A stretch of DNA of 54,598 bases from Thermodesulfobacteriota bacterium (GCA_034660495.1 JAYEJJ010000221.1:23549-78146), one strand, 5' to 3'. Counted from the first letter of the stretch, positions 1 through 9,655 are shown. The notes: a model not told the origin generated them from the letters alone. Numbers and translations: made by a program.

Positions 1-125
1 GGACGAGCTCCTTGAGATGCTGAAGGGCAGGGTTAAGGGATCATCCGGTGAGGACGAGCTCCTTGAGATGCTGAAGGGCAGGGTTAAGGGATCATCCGGT
101 GAGGACGAGCTCCTTGAGATGCTGA
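1..125. repeat. 51-bp tandem repeat (~2.4 copies) inside the fliK 5' region
   Basis: The unit ggacgagctccttgagatgctgaagggcagggttaagggatcatccggtga recurs identically at 1-51 and 52-102 and partially to ~125. It encodes GRVKGSSGEDELLEMLK units. Confidence 0.9.
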
Positions 126-1813
126 AGCCCAGCAGCAAAGACACATCTCCTTTGGAAGATCTGCTGCAGGAATTTGTCAGCAACCAGGAAGACGCTTTAC
201 AACTTGACAAATCACTGGCCAGATTTTTTTCTTTTTTTATCCAGAACCTTGAACATGCAGAGGAACAGGATTTCCTCGATCAATTCAAAAATTGTCTTGA
301 AATCCTGGGCGTTGATATTGAAGACATTTCTGTGGATGAACAAGGGCTTGATATTTTAAAGCATTTACTTGTCAAAGCCGGATTTCCGGAAAAGGAAATT
401 TCAGATCTTTTTGAAGAGCTGCAGCTTGAATCAGAGGACAGTTTTGTTGCGCTTTCCGATCTGATGACGGAACTTTCAAAAATAGAAATACCACAAAGTG
501 TTAAAGACGAAGCCATCTTTTTACCTGTTTCAAGTCTTCCTTTTATCGAAACCATACTTACGGCCCTTAATGTGCCTGCAGATGTCTCAAATCAGATTAT
601 AACACCAGCTGCCCGAAAAAGAGAAGGGATAGATCTCAACACCCTGATTACAGGGCTTCAAAACCTTCAAAAACAGGCTTTTTTAACAGGTACAGATTTC
701 AGGACAGCATCTGAACAAAAAGGCGTAAAAGGTCTTTTAACCCGTCTTGGACTTGATATATCAGGCTCAGAACAAAAGGAGCTGACTCTGGAGGAATTTA
801 CTGCCGCCCTTGAAAATCTGAGAAAGGACTTTAAACAGTCCCGTGAAGAACAAGCTTTGACCAGTAAAGAACAGCCTTTGACCAGTGAAATCACCAGCGT
901 GTCCGGGAAATCCAAAACAGAACTTTTTACTGCGTTTTTGTTCAGCCTGAATAAAAATGACGCTGCAGGAACCAGCGATAAAACAGATGTGTTACCTGTC
1001 GGAGAAGGAAAGACCCCGGCGGAAACGGCAACTTTTGAGCTTCAGAGGATGTCCCGTGAAAATCAGAATAGGATTTCAGATTTATTTGCAGACCAGAATG
1101 ATCTGAAAATCAATGAAAAGAATTTTTTAAATCAGGAAAACAGCTCAAAAAAGGAAATTGAGCTGTTGCTGAGCCGGCTTGGTATTTCAGAAAAGGGCGG
1201 TCAAAAAGGGAATCCTTCTGGTTTGCAGGGAAAGGAGGGAGATGCTTATCTGTCAGGAAACCATAAAAAAGCAGATATAAAAAGCCTTGATGCAGGCCAG
1301 TTGGCAGGCGGCAGTTCCAATGAGTCTGATTTAAGCCAGGGCGGATCGAAAATTTTAAAGGGCAGGTCTGCGCCAAAACCATTGCCTGCCTACGTGACAA
1401 ACCAGGTGGAAAAAAATTTGGCCAGGGCAGTGGACCGGGGGGACAGTGAACTGAAACTTCAGCTCAAGCCCCCGGAACTGGGAAGGATTATTGTAAAAAT
1501 TGAAAATCTCGGGGACAGTCTCAAAGTTAATATTATAACGGAAAATCATGCGGCAAAGGATATCCTTGTGTCCCATGCCAATGAGCTGAAAACAAATCTT
1601 TCCGGCAGCGGTGTGGATCTGAAAAGTTTTGAGGTGGAAATGGGAAGCGATTTTAAACAGTCCATGGCCGATGCCAGGCAGCAGTCCGGACATTCCGGCT
1701 CCGGCAGGGGGAAAAAAAGAGGAATTGATTTAATCAATGAAACCGAAACTAAAGCGTCAATCAATATACAGGAAGATAAAAATCAGGATGGACAGCTTCA
1801 TTATGTGGCCTGA
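2..1813 (+). CDS. fliK: Flagellar hook-length control protein FliK. The frame is open to the left window edge, so it is probably 5'-partial; the first in-window ATG is at 17.
   Basis: C-terminal Flg_hook-type pattern (LKLQLKPPELGRIIVKIENLGDSLKVNIITENHAAKDILVSHANELKTNLSGSGVDL). It sits directly upstream of flgD-flgE. There is no stop between nt 2 and the first ATG. Confidence 0.8.
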   Translation, partial: DELLEMLKGRVKGSSGEDELLEMLKGRVKGSSGEDELLEMLKPSSKDTSPLEDLLQEFVSNQEDALQLDKSLARFFSFFIQNLEHAEEQDFLDQFKNCLEILGVDIEDISVDEQGLDILKHLLVKAGFPEKEISDLFEELQLESEDSFVALSDLMTELSKIEIPQSVKDEAIFLPVSSLPFIETILTALNVPADVSNQIITPAARKREGIDLNTLITGLQNLQKQAFLTGTDFRTASEQKGVKGLLTRLGLDISGSEQKELTLEEFTAALENLRKDFKQSREEQALTSKEQPLTSEITSVSGKSKTELFTAFLFSLNKNDAAGTSDKTDVLPVGEGKTPAETATFELQRMSRENQNRISDLFADQNDLKINEKNFLNQENSSKKEIELLLSRLGISEKGGQKGNPSGLQGKEGDAYLSGNHKKADIKSLDAGQLAGGSSNESDLSQGGSKILKGRSAPKPLPAYVTNQVEKNLARAVDRGDSELKLQLKPPELGRIIVKIENLGDSLKVNIITENHAAKDILVSHANELKTNLSGSGVDLKSFEVEMGSDFKQSMADARQQSGHSGSGRGKKRGIDLINETETKASINIQEDKNQDGQLHYVA

Positions 1814-1863
1814 TCCCTCGGGTCCCATGGAGACAGAAACTGGTTTATAAACGGAGGTTGGAT

Positions 1864-2967
1864 ATGACCATACAGGCATCAGGAAACAGCAGCCTTGAGG
1901 CATTGAGCAGTTCCTACCAGGCAAGGAAAACCGAAGAAAAAGAAGACACCTTAGGCCGGCAGGATTTTCTGACCATGCTGGTTACCCAGCTGGAGCATCA
2001 GGACCCGTTAAATCCCATGGAAGGGTCTGATTTTTCAGCCCAGCTGGCCCAGTTTTCCTCCCTGGAACAGCTGATGAATCTCAATAAAACTATGGAAACA
2101 ATGGCATCCGCGTTTCAGTCCGGCAGTTCTGAATCGGATTTAGGGTCAATGATCGGCAGAGAGGTAACAGGTGAGGTGGATGCCGTTGAAGTGGCGGACG
2201 GAGAGTTTTTTGGAGGGGATTACACCATTTCAGAACCCGGTGATGTTATGGTTCAGATTTCAGATGCCAGCGGCAACGTGATCCGCTCTCTGTTTCCGGG
2301 ACAGAAAAGTGCGGGCAGCTACAATATCAACTGGGACGGCACAGACAACAACGGCAATACTGTGGCGGACGGGTCATACAAATACAGCATCCTGGTGAAC
2401 TCAGGCTATGGATACACTGAAATGCCGACCACTGTAATCGGCAAAGTTGACAGTATTGTTTATAATGAGGGGAAAGCCTATCTCCAGGTGAACGGCACCC
2501 TGGTTGATCCGGATTCCCTTGTACAGGTCGGGGGATATGGTGAAACAGAAGAAAAAGCGTCCTCCATAACAGATTACCTTGGAAAAAATATTACATCAAC
2601 CCAGTCCATCGCCGGGATTAAAGGGGGCGTTGTTTCAGGAGACACATGCACCTTTGAACTTGAAGCCAGTGAGGATATTATTCTGTCCGTATTTAACCAG
2701 GCCGGAGAGGAGATCAGAAGTATTCCTGTACTGGCTGATGAAACATCACAGGGAAGTAATTCTGTTAAATGGGACGGCACAGACAACTCGGGAAATATTG
2801 CTGAGGACGGGCTGTATCTCTATTCCGTTTCCAGTGCATCGGGAAACATAGAAACCCTGGCATCGGGTGAAGTATCCGGTATAGAGTATGTGAACGGGGA
2901 AAAATACCTGGTGCTGAAGGAAAGCAATCTTTTAACAGGTCTTTCATCTGTAACCAGTGTAAATTAA
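1864..2967 (+). CDS. flgD: Flagellar hook capping/assembly protein FlgD
   Basis: N-terminal FlgD signature DFLTMLVTQLEHQDPLNPMEGSDFSAQLAQFSSLEQL. Two Ig-like segments carry the WDGTD-NGN-ADG-Y motif. GGAGG lies 6 nt before ATG 1864; the track's TTG at 1858 has no spacer. Confidence 0.9.
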   Translation: MTIQASGNSSLEALSSSYQARKTEEKEDTLGRQDFLTMLVTQLEHQDPLNPMEGSDFSAQLAQFSSLEQLMNLNKTMETMASAFQSGSSESDLGSMIGREVTGEVDAVEVADGEFFGGDYTISEPGDVMVQISDASGNVIRSLFPGQKSAGSYNINWDGTDNNGNTVADGSYKYSILVNSGYGYTEMPTTVIGKVDSIVYNEGKAYLQVNGTLVDPDSLVQVGGYGETEEKASSITDYLGKNITSTQSIAGIKGGVVSGDTCTFELEASEDIILSVFNQAGEEIRSIPVLADETSQGSNSVKWDGTDNSGNIAEDGLYLYSVSSASGNIETLASGEVSGIEYVNGEKYLVLKESNLLTGLSSVTSVN

Positions 2968-3019
2968 TTATTATACCCTGGAAACCAGGGGGCTCAATAA
3001 AAATAAGGGGGAGTTTGCT

Positions 3020-5842
3020 ATGTCATTGTCAAGTTCACTTTATACAGGCACAAGTGGTCTGACCAATATGGGGAATGCCATGCAGGTAGTGGGAAATAAT
3101 ATCTCCAATGTCAATACTGTGGGATTTAAAAAGGGTCGGTCCACCTTTGCCGATACCTTGAGTGAGAGTATTGCCACCCAGGCGGGAGCCGATCAGGTGG
3201 GAAGGGGAATGGCCATGGGCAGTGTTGATCAGAGTTTTGGCCAGGGTTCCTTTGAATCCACCTCCAATTCAACGGACCTCTCCATCGGCGGGGATGGTTT
3301 TTTCGTGATGCGGTGGAGCGATTCTGAAGAGATGTATTATACACGGGCTGGTAATTTCCGCTTTGATAAAGCAGGGCAGCTCGTCAATCCCCAGGGGTAT
3401 ATTGTCCAGGGGTGGGAGATCGACAGTAAAACCGGGGATGATACCGGTGCCATAAAGGATATTGTGCTTGGCGCCTTCTCCTCTCCGCCGAAAAAGAGTG
3501 AAGAGATCACCGTTATAACCAATCTTGAGGCCAGTGCCGAGAGCAAGGCAGTGGTGTTGTCCAATCTATGGGATGCCAGTGCCGAGGAGTATATCGAGGC
3601 GGGGAAGTACAATTACCAGACTTCGGTAAAGGTGTACGATTCCCTGGGAAGCACCCATGACATTACCATTCATTATGACAAGAAAAAGGATACCGAGTGG
3701 GAGTACACCATTACATGCAATCCAGAAGAGGATAAACGGGATCTGGTCCGGGGGACGACCAGCCAGGGACTGCTTGCCCGGGGCACCATAACCTACAGCC
3801 AGGACAACGGCAATATTGTCAATTTTACCATGAGCAAGATGACCGGCAGGATCGGTAATGTCCAGAACCAAGGGCTCAATACGGCGGACACGACCCATTT
3901 TACCGTTGAAAATTTGGATGCCATGGAGCTGGATGGTTACAATTTCAATTTTGAGTTCAATGGAACCGAGTGGGAGTGGAAGGATATTGATGAAGACGGC
4001 ACAAACGGGGATATTGATGACCTTCCTGTCAATTACAAGAGCGCGGAGATTTTATATTCAGATGCCGAGAACATTGAGATCGCCTTGAACGGTGAAGACA
4101 AGAATGCCGATCTTAAGATCAAGCTTGACGAGGCTGCCGGATCCACCGAGGCGTTGTCCTTTGATGTGAGCAGCAAAGACAAGCTCCACGTTCAAGGGCT
4201 TACAAACAACTTTTATACCGGAGATACCGCCAACGGGAACTCAAGCTTTGAAATAAATGCACCAGGGGTGATGACCGTGGATTCAAAGGATGTGGGCATG
4301 ACATGGTATCCCCAGGAGGAAAAATGGCGCTGGAGCAACCCAGAGGTGGCTAAGGATAACGGCACCCTCATTTCCGGTATGAATTACAGCAATTTTGTTG
4401 CTGTTGATCCCGATGAAGGCGGTGATGGCACATGGGATTTTACAAATAATCCTGAAAAACCGTACAGTGATCCCGCCGATGAAATACGGGTTACCGATGC
4501 ATCGGTCATGACAAAATATTCGAATATTCAGGTTCAATACGGTGATCCCGGTACGGGCAATCAGTGGAACTGGGACACCCCGGTCAAGGATGCCGATTTT
4601 ACCGCTTTGGCCACACCGTCATGGGCGGCCCCGTTTGATTCTCCCTCACTGTCCGGTATTGATAATGGCATAACTTCGGGCAATGCTTTTGATGCCGCAG
4701 GCAGCTACCAGCTTACCTACACAAACGGAACACCCTCCACCTGGACAAGTACCGGTGCTACAGCGGCTGCCATTGTTTCCGGTGATGATTCCGGGGTGAC
4801 CTTTGAGCTGGCCAACGGCACCCAATCCATGTATTCCTTCGGTTCCAAGCTTGGAGCCGACCAGGATGGCGGCACCATTGAGTTTACCATCACCCCTTCG
4901 GCACCGGAGCAGTACCCTGATGCCGATTTAAAAACAGGTTCGGTTGCAGGTACCGACCTTGACGATATGATGATCGATTTTAACGGGGATGCCACCGATG
5001 ATCTCACCTTTGACATGGCCGAGGGTGTTTTTTCACCGGGAGAGACTTTTGTGTTCAATGTGGATCCCGATGCGCCTCCGGCGGAATACGCCAGTGCGAC
5101 GTTAAAAGGGGATAGTGAAAGCGCCACCATAGATCTTGACGGATCGGCCAGTGATGCCACCGATGATGATATTGTTTTCAACTTTGACGAAGCGTTGACA
5201 TCCGGTCCCAGTTCTGATTCCTATGCGGACAGAAGTGAAATTAAATTTGATATCGAGGGGTCAGCCGCCTGGGAGGAAATCCCCAAGGATACCATCAAAA
5301 AAGATGGGGTATACAGCTTTTCAGCAGATTTCCTCGGCGGAGACAACGATTCCACAAAAATGGATATTGTGTTCGATATTGGAACAAGGTTTGACGGTAC
5401 CAGCTGGATAAATGACTCCATGTCATCAACTCAGTTTGCCAAATCTTCATCCACAACGTTTCAGACTGCTGATGGCTATAGTTCAGGAGATCTCCAGGAG
5501 GTTGATGTTTCCCTGGACGGGGTAATGACCGGTATTTTTTCCAATGGCGAAAGCACTCCCCTTTTCCGTGTGGGGCTTGCAAAATTTTTCAATAATCAGG
5601 GGTTGAGTAATTCGGGCAGCAATCTTTTCAGGGAAACCACGGACAGCGGTGAGGCCATTACCAATAGACCCGGGGATAACGGTCTTGGCACCATTTCTTC
5701 CAACTCACTGGAAATGTCAAATGTGGACATTTCCGAGGAGTTTGTCAAGATGATCAGCACCCAGAGGGGATTCCAGGCCAATTCCAAAACGATCACCACC
5801 ACCGATGATATGATGAGCACGGTGATCCAGATGAAACGATAA
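3020..5842 (+). CDS. flgE: Flagellar hook protein FlgE, unusually large (940 aa)
   Basis: Rod/hook N-terminus (MSLSSSLYTGTSGLTNMGNAMQVVGNNISNVNTVGFKK) and C-terminus (SNSLEMSNVDISEEFVKMISTQRGFQANSKTITTTDDMMSTVIQMKR). GGGGGAG RBS. Confidence 0.95.
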   Translation: MSLSSSLYTGTSGLTNMGNAMQVVGNNISNVNTVGFKKGRSTFADTLSESIATQAGADQVGRGMAMGSVDQSFGQGSFESTSNSTDLSIGGDGFFVMRWSDSEEMYYTRAGNFRFDKAGQLVNPQGYIVQGWEIDSKTGDDTGAIKDIVLGAFSSPPKKSEEITVITNLEASAESKAVVLSNLWDASAEEYIEAGKYNYQTSVKVYDSLGSTHDITIHYDKKKDTEWEYTITCNPEEDKRDLVRGTTSQGLLARGTITYSQDNGNIVNFTMSKMTGRIGNVQNQGLNTADTTHFTVENLDAMELDGYNFNFEFNGTEWEWKDIDEDGTNGDIDDLPVNYKSAEILYSDAENIEIALNGEDKNADLKIKLDEAAGSTEALSFDVSSKDKLHVQGLTNNFYTGDTANGNSSFEINAPGVMTVDSKDVGMTWYPQEEKWRWSNPEVAKDNGTLISGMNYSNFVAVDPDEGGDGTWDFTNNPEKPYSDPADEIRVTDASVMTKYSNIQVQYGDPGTGNQWNWDTPVKDADFTALATPSWAAPFDSPSLSGIDNGITSGNAFDAAGSYQLTYTNGTPSTWTSTGATAAAIVSGDDSGVTFELANGTQSMYSFGSKLGADQDGGTIEFTITPSAPEQYPDADLKTGSVAGTDLDDMMIDFNGDATDDLTFDMAEGVFSPGETFVFNVDPDAPPAEYASATLKGDSESATIDLDGSASDATDDDIVFNFDEALTSGPSSDSYADRSEIKFDIEGSAAWEEIPKDTIKKDGVYSFSADFLGGDNDSTKMDIVFDIGTRFDGTSWINDSMSSTQFAKSSSTTFQTADGYSSGDLQEVDVSLDGVMTGIFSNGESTPLFRVGLAKFFNNQGLSNSGSNLFRETTDSGEAITNRPGDNGLGTISSNSLEMSNVDISEEFVKMISTQRGFQANSKTITTTDDMMSTVIQMKR

Positions 5843-5888
5843 AATGAATCGCTGAATTGCCCTCAGGCAGACCAGACACTTTATAAAG

Positions 5889-5941
5889 TCCCCTGATTTT
5901 ATTGTGCACGGCATGACAAAGATCAGGGGATTTTTGTTTTT
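5889..5941 (+). terminator. Rho-independent terminator candidate after flgE
   Basis: Stem tcccctgat...atcagggga followed by tttttgttttt, about 45 nt after the flgE stop. Confidence 0.6.
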
Positions 5942-5994
5942 GTCTGTATACCCCCAGTGTCCTGACGGACACAACGAAAAATGAAACAGGAGAG

Positions 5995-6080
5995 TGCCGC
6001 CCCGAACACTTGCCTGTCAGGAACGAGAACAATGGAGGACTTTTGGTTATCAATGTTCCTGACAGGCACCCCCTGGAGGG
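5995..6080. repeat. Long hairpin repeat (cctgtcagg family), copy 1
   Basis: Arms gcctgtcagg / cctgacaggc with a loop containing ttttggttatcaatgtt. Homologous to 23461-23567, which shares the tttggtt-tcaatgttcctgacag loop and arm. Confidence 0.7.
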
Positions 6081-6252
6081 TCTTAATCAATTGTTTGATA
6101 TAAAAAATCAGTCTGGTAAAAAAAAATCTTTGTTCAATGTCATGTTTTTGACGTATTTTATTTGACACTCTTCCCCATATCCTTCATATTTCACCTTGAT
6201 ACTGCTGAATTCAAATCTGAATCAGGCACTGAAAACATTGAAAAATAAGTTG

Positions 6253-6268
6253 TGGCACAATGATTGCT
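6253..6268 (+). promoter_or_regulatory. Sigma-54 (-24/-12) promoter candidate for the fliL operon
   Basis: TGGCAC-aatga-TTGCT has the exact spacing of the TGGCAC-N5-TTGC consensus. It lies ~290 nt upstream of fliL, after the flgE terminator. Confidence 0.5.
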
Positions 6269-6294
6269 TATAACGATAACGATAATATAACCGG

Positions 6295-6535
6295 CTTGAG
6301 CAACGTGCTCACAACAAAGATAGAAAGTCTGCCGGTATTACACGATTTTCTTGTAATGGCCATGCCCTTTCGGGCCCAACAAATGATAAAAGCCATCAGC
6401 TGCCAGTAATCACCAGAAAAAAAATTGTAATTGTTTACTGGAAACTGATTACTGAAGGCTTTTATATAACGGCCATGCCTTGACAGGCACAACAAAGCAT
6501 GAAAGCTGTTAGCTGACTACTGATGGCTTTCAAAC
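6295..6535. repeat. Three adjacent units of the mosaic hairpin repeat family (R1)
   Basis: Units at 6295-6329, 6355-6412 and 6453-6535. Each has the conserved flank cacaacaaag-atgaaag(c) (reverse of ctttcat-ctttgttgtg) around a short variable hairpin (gagcaacgtgctc; ggcccgaaagggc-type; gccttgacaggc). Confidence 0.8.
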
Positions 6536-6560
6536 AAATAAATTTGGGAAATAAAATGGT

Positions 6561-7058
6561 ATGAATTTTTTAAGCCGCATAAAAGCCCCTAGAGTTTTGA
6601 TGGTCGCAGGGATAATCCTGGTTGTTCTATCAGCCTCGGGCCTGGTCTGGCATTTTTTTTTAAAGGGACATGAAGAAAATCATTCAGACAGGGCATCTTC
6701 TGCAGATATTGCTTCGTCTGATGAAGAGATTGGTCAAAAAAGGGAAGGTTTGGCTGCAGATATTATTAAGCTGGATCCCTTTAACAATATAAAACTTCAG
6801 CCCGGCGGGAATATGGATCAGCTGGACTTGGAGATCGCCCTGGAACTGGCTGACCCCGGCATGAGAAAATCGGTTGAAACCATTGTGTTTAAAATCCGTG
6901 AAGTTGTTGAAAGGGAATCGGCCAAAAAAAGCTGGATGGAATTAAGAACTCCGGCCGGGAAGCTGTCTTTGAAGTATACCCTGTTAGACAGAATTAATGG
7001 GGTGCTTTCGGAGGCAAAAATTAACAATGTCTATTTTACACATTTAATCATGAAGTGA
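6561..7058 (+). CDS. fliL: Flagellar basal-body-associated protein FliL
   Basis: N-terminal TM helix and a FliL-like pattern (IKLDPFNNIKL...LDLEIALELADP...IREVVERE...INNVYFTHLIM). Located upstream of fliM. Confidence 0.75.
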   Translation: MNFLSRIKAPRVLMVAGIILVVLSASGLVWHFFLKGHEENHSDRASSADIASSDEEIGQKREGLAADIIKLDPFNNIKLQPGGNMDQLDLEIALELADPGMRKSVETIVFKIREVVERESAKKSWMELRTPAGKLSLKYTLLDRINGVLSEAKINNVYFTHLIMK

Positions 7059-7068
7059 TTTAGAAATT

Positions 7069-8049
7069 ATGAGTGACATACTATCCCAGGATGAAGTAGA
7101 CAGTCTGCTGGCAGGACTTGATTCCGGCGATGTAGAAGCAGAAAAAGACGCAGATGCACCGGAGCCGGAAGGTATTGTTGCCTATGATTTTACAAGCCAG
7201 GACAAGGTGGTGCGGGCAAGGATGCCCACCTTTGACGTTATCAATGAACGGCTGGCCAGGGAAATCAGGGCCAGCATGTCCACGCTGCTGCAGACCAATG
7301 TAGATGTGACAGCCAATCCTCTGGATACCCTCAAGTTCTCAGAATTTGTCCGAAGTCTGCCTGTTCCCACAAGCCTTCATGTGTTCCGTATGGAGCCTTT
7401 AAGGGGGCACGGGCTGGTGGTGCTGGAGAGCCAGCTTGTTTACAACCTCATTGATACCTTTTTCGGGGGTGAAGGCTCAGGCCAGGCCAGGGTGGAGGGC
7501 AGGGAGTTTACAGCCATTGAAGAGGTAATGATCAAAAAGGTGGTGGTGGCCTGTCTTAAGGATATTGAAGTTGCCTGGTACCCCATTGAACCGGTAAAGA
7601 CCACCCTGGTCCGATCTGAAATGAACCCTCAGTTTGCCGCTGTGGTCCTGCCCACAGACCTTGTGATTGTAACGCGGTTTGAGATTGAGCTGGAGCAGGC
7701 TGCCGGCACCCTTGTCATATGTCTGCCCTATTCCATGATCGAACCGTTAAGAGCAAAGCTGGCATCAGGCTTTCAGGCTGAAACCGAGGAGATTGATCTG
7801 ACGTGGCGGACCATACTCAAGGAAATTATTCTCCAGTCTTCCGTGGATCTGCGCATACAGCTGGGCACTGCGGACATAACAGGAGAGCGCCTTATTTATA
7901 TGCAGAAAGGGGATGTGATTCAGCTGGATCATGATGCAAAGGATCCCTTGATGGGATTTGTGGGCGGGCTGCCCAAACTCAAAGGATTTGCCGGTGTAAA
8001 ACGGGGCATGCAGGCGTTTAAGATCGAAAAAACGATAATCAGAAAATAA
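7069..8049 (+). CDS. fliM: Flagellar motor switch protein FliM
   Basis: N-terminal CheY-P docking peptide MSDILSQDEVDSLLAG. FliM-sized body followed by fliN. Confidence 0.95.
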   Translation: MSDILSQDEVDSLLAGLDSGDVEAEKDADAPEPEGIVAYDFTSQDKVVRARMPTFDVINERLAREIRASMSTLLQTNVDVTANPLDTLKFSEFVRSLPVPTSLHVFRMEPLRGHGLVVLESQLVYNLIDTFFGGEGSGQARVEGREFTAIEEVMIKKVVVACLKDIEVAWYPIEPVKTTLVRSEMNPQFAAVVLPTDLVIVTRFEIELEQAAGTLVICLPYSMIEPLRAKLASGFQAETEEIDLTWRTILKEIILQSSVDLRIQLGTADITGERLIYMQKGDVIQLDHDAKDPLMGFVGGLPKLKGFAGVKRGMQAFKIEKTIIRK

Positions 8050-8059
8050 GAGAGCGAGT

Positions 8060-8422
8060 ATGGATGAGAATACAGGCACTGAAAACAATGAAAATCAGGA
8101 AAACGAAGAAGCAGAAGCAGAAGCAGAAGAGGAAGTGGAGTCAGCGGTTGATCAGGCTCAGGATCTTGATTTTATCCTTGATATTCCCCTGGAGCTCTCA
8201 GTGGAGCTTGGAAAAACAAGGATGCTGATCAATGATCTGCTCCAGCTCGGCCAGGGATCCATTCTTGAATTGAACAAATTTGCCGGTGAACCCCTGGAAG
8301 TGTATATCAATCATAAACTCATCGCCCGGGGAGAGGTGGTTGTTGTCAATGAAAAATTTGGTGTCCGGCTCACGGATATTATTACACCCATGGACCGGGT
8401 AAAGGGCCTGTCCACCTTATGA
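8060..8422 (+). CDS. fliN: Flagellar motor switch protein FliN
   Basis: C-terminal SpoA/FliN domain (ILDIPLELSVELGKTRMLINDLLQLGQGSILELNKFAGEPLEVYINHKLIARGEVVVVNEKFGVRL). Confidence 0.95.
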   Translation: MDENTGTENNENQENEEAEAEAEEEVESAVDQAQDLDFILDIPLELSVELGKTRMLINDLLQLGQGSILELNKFAGEPLEVYINHKLIARGEVVVVNEKFGVRLTDIITPMDRVKGLSTL

Positions 8423-8730
8423 ATGACTCACTGAACATATGGTCTGCCTTTGCCAGAACAGCGGTGATGCTTACTTTTGTTATTGCGTTGCTTTTTTTGA
8501 TCCTTTATCTGTTCAGGCGGTTTTCTTCAATTAAAGGGAAAAAAGGCACCCCCAGTTTTATTAAAGTACTCAGTGTGCATCATTTTTCCCCCAAAGAAAA
8601 AATTGTGCTTGTGGATGTGATGCAGAAGAAGGTGCTTGTCGGTATCACCTCTGCCAGTATGAATACCCTTGCCGTGTTTGAGAACCATATGGAAGGGGAA
8701 ACAGAACAGGGGGATGCAGATGAAGATTAA
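8419..8730 (+). CDS. fliO: Flagellar biosynthesis protein FliO
   Basis: 103 aa with a single N-terminal TM helix. Start overlaps the fliN stop (ATGA). Sits between fliN and fliP. Confidence 0.7.
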   Translation: MNDSLNIWSAFARTAVMLTFVIALLFLILYLFRRFSSIKGKKGTPSFIKVLSVHHFSPKEKIVLVDVMQKKVLVGITSASMNTLAVFENHMEGETEQGDADED

Positions 8731-8793
8731 CATAAAACAGCGTATTCCTGTTTTATATAAAGCATTTGTTAGCGCTTTGCCTTTGGCGGTGTT

Positions 8794-8853
8794 GCATTTT
8801 TCGTTGCCGCCGGGCCATGTTCATGGGCCGCCCATGCCGGTTTATATGAAAGG
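8794..8853. repeat. R1-family hairpin repeat inserted between fliO and fliP
   Basis: gcatttttcgttg-ccgccgggccatgttcatgggccg-cccatgccggtttatatgaaagg matches the copies at 15261-15315 and 27428-27486. Confidence 0.75.
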
Positions 8854-8902
8854 AGTTTGCAGATCCCTGAATTTTTTCAAGAGTTGCTGCTTCTCCAGGG
8901 GG

Positions 8903-9655
8903 ATGTCGGTTATATGGATTTTTACCCTGGCAGGTGGTGTTTTATTTTTTGGGAAAACCGCTTTGGGTGCAACGTTTCCCATACCTGCCATTAATATCGG
9001 GGTCGGTCAGGCCCAGGGGCCGGACGACGTTGTTGTGGCCCTTGAAATTATCGCCCTTTTGACGGTATTGTCCCTGGCCCCTGCCATTCTTATCCTCATG
9101 ACCCCTTTTACCCGGCTGGTTGTAGTTTTTCATTTTCTGCGCCAGGCCATTGGTACCCAGTCAAGCCCCCCCAACCAGGTTGTTGTGGGACTGGCGCTGT
9201 TTATGACTTTTTTTATCATCAAGCCGGTTGCCTTAGATGTTTATAATTCCTCCCTGAACCCCTATCTTGAAGGGGAGATCAATTACGCAGAAGCCTTTGA
9301 AACCGCACAGGTGCCCATACGCAAATTCCTGCTGATCAATACAAGGGAAGCGGATATTGCCCTTTTTGTCAAAGGCGGGGATATGAAAAAACCCGAGAAC
9401 CGGGAGGATGTTTCCCTGCTGGTGCTCATTCCCGCCTATGTGATCAGTGAATTAAAAACCGCGTTTATTATCGGGTTTGTGCTCTATGTTCCCTTTCTGG
9501 TGATTGATATGGTGGTGGCTTCGGTTCTTCTTGCCATGGGGATGATGATGCTTCCCCCTGTTATGATTTCCCTGCCCTTTAAGCTCATGCTGTTTGTGCT
9601 GGTGGACGGGTGGCACCTGCTGACCGGATCATTGATGAAAAGTTTTGGAGTGTAA
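8903..9655 (+). CDS. fliP: Flagellar export apparatus protein FliP
   Basis: Start chosen at ATG 8903, which has an aggggg RBS and yields a signal-peptide-like MSVIWIFTLAGGVLFFGKTALGA. The longer track ORF (8669) reads through a repeat element. Conserved FliP body (ALEIIALLTVLSLAPAILILMT...). Confidence 0.9.
   Translation: MSVIWIFTLAGGVLFFGKTALGATFPIPAINIGVGQAQGPDDVVVALEIIALLTVLSLAPAILILMTPFTRLVVVFHFLRQAIGTQSSPPNQVVVGLALFMTFFIIKPVALDVYNSSLNPYLEGEINYAEAFETAQVPIRKFLLINTREADIALFVKGGDMKKPENREDVSLLVLIPAYVISELKTAFIIGFVLYVPFLVIDMVVASVLLAMGMMMLPPVMISLPFKLMLFVLVDGWHLLTGSLMKSFGV

Noticed and set aside
8669-8902. N-terminal extension of fliP in the ORF track (start 8669; also ATGs at 8714 and 8720)
   Set aside because: The segment overlaps fliO and is translated through an R1 repeat element (8794-8853). 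A signal-peptide-like start with an RBS exists at 8903.
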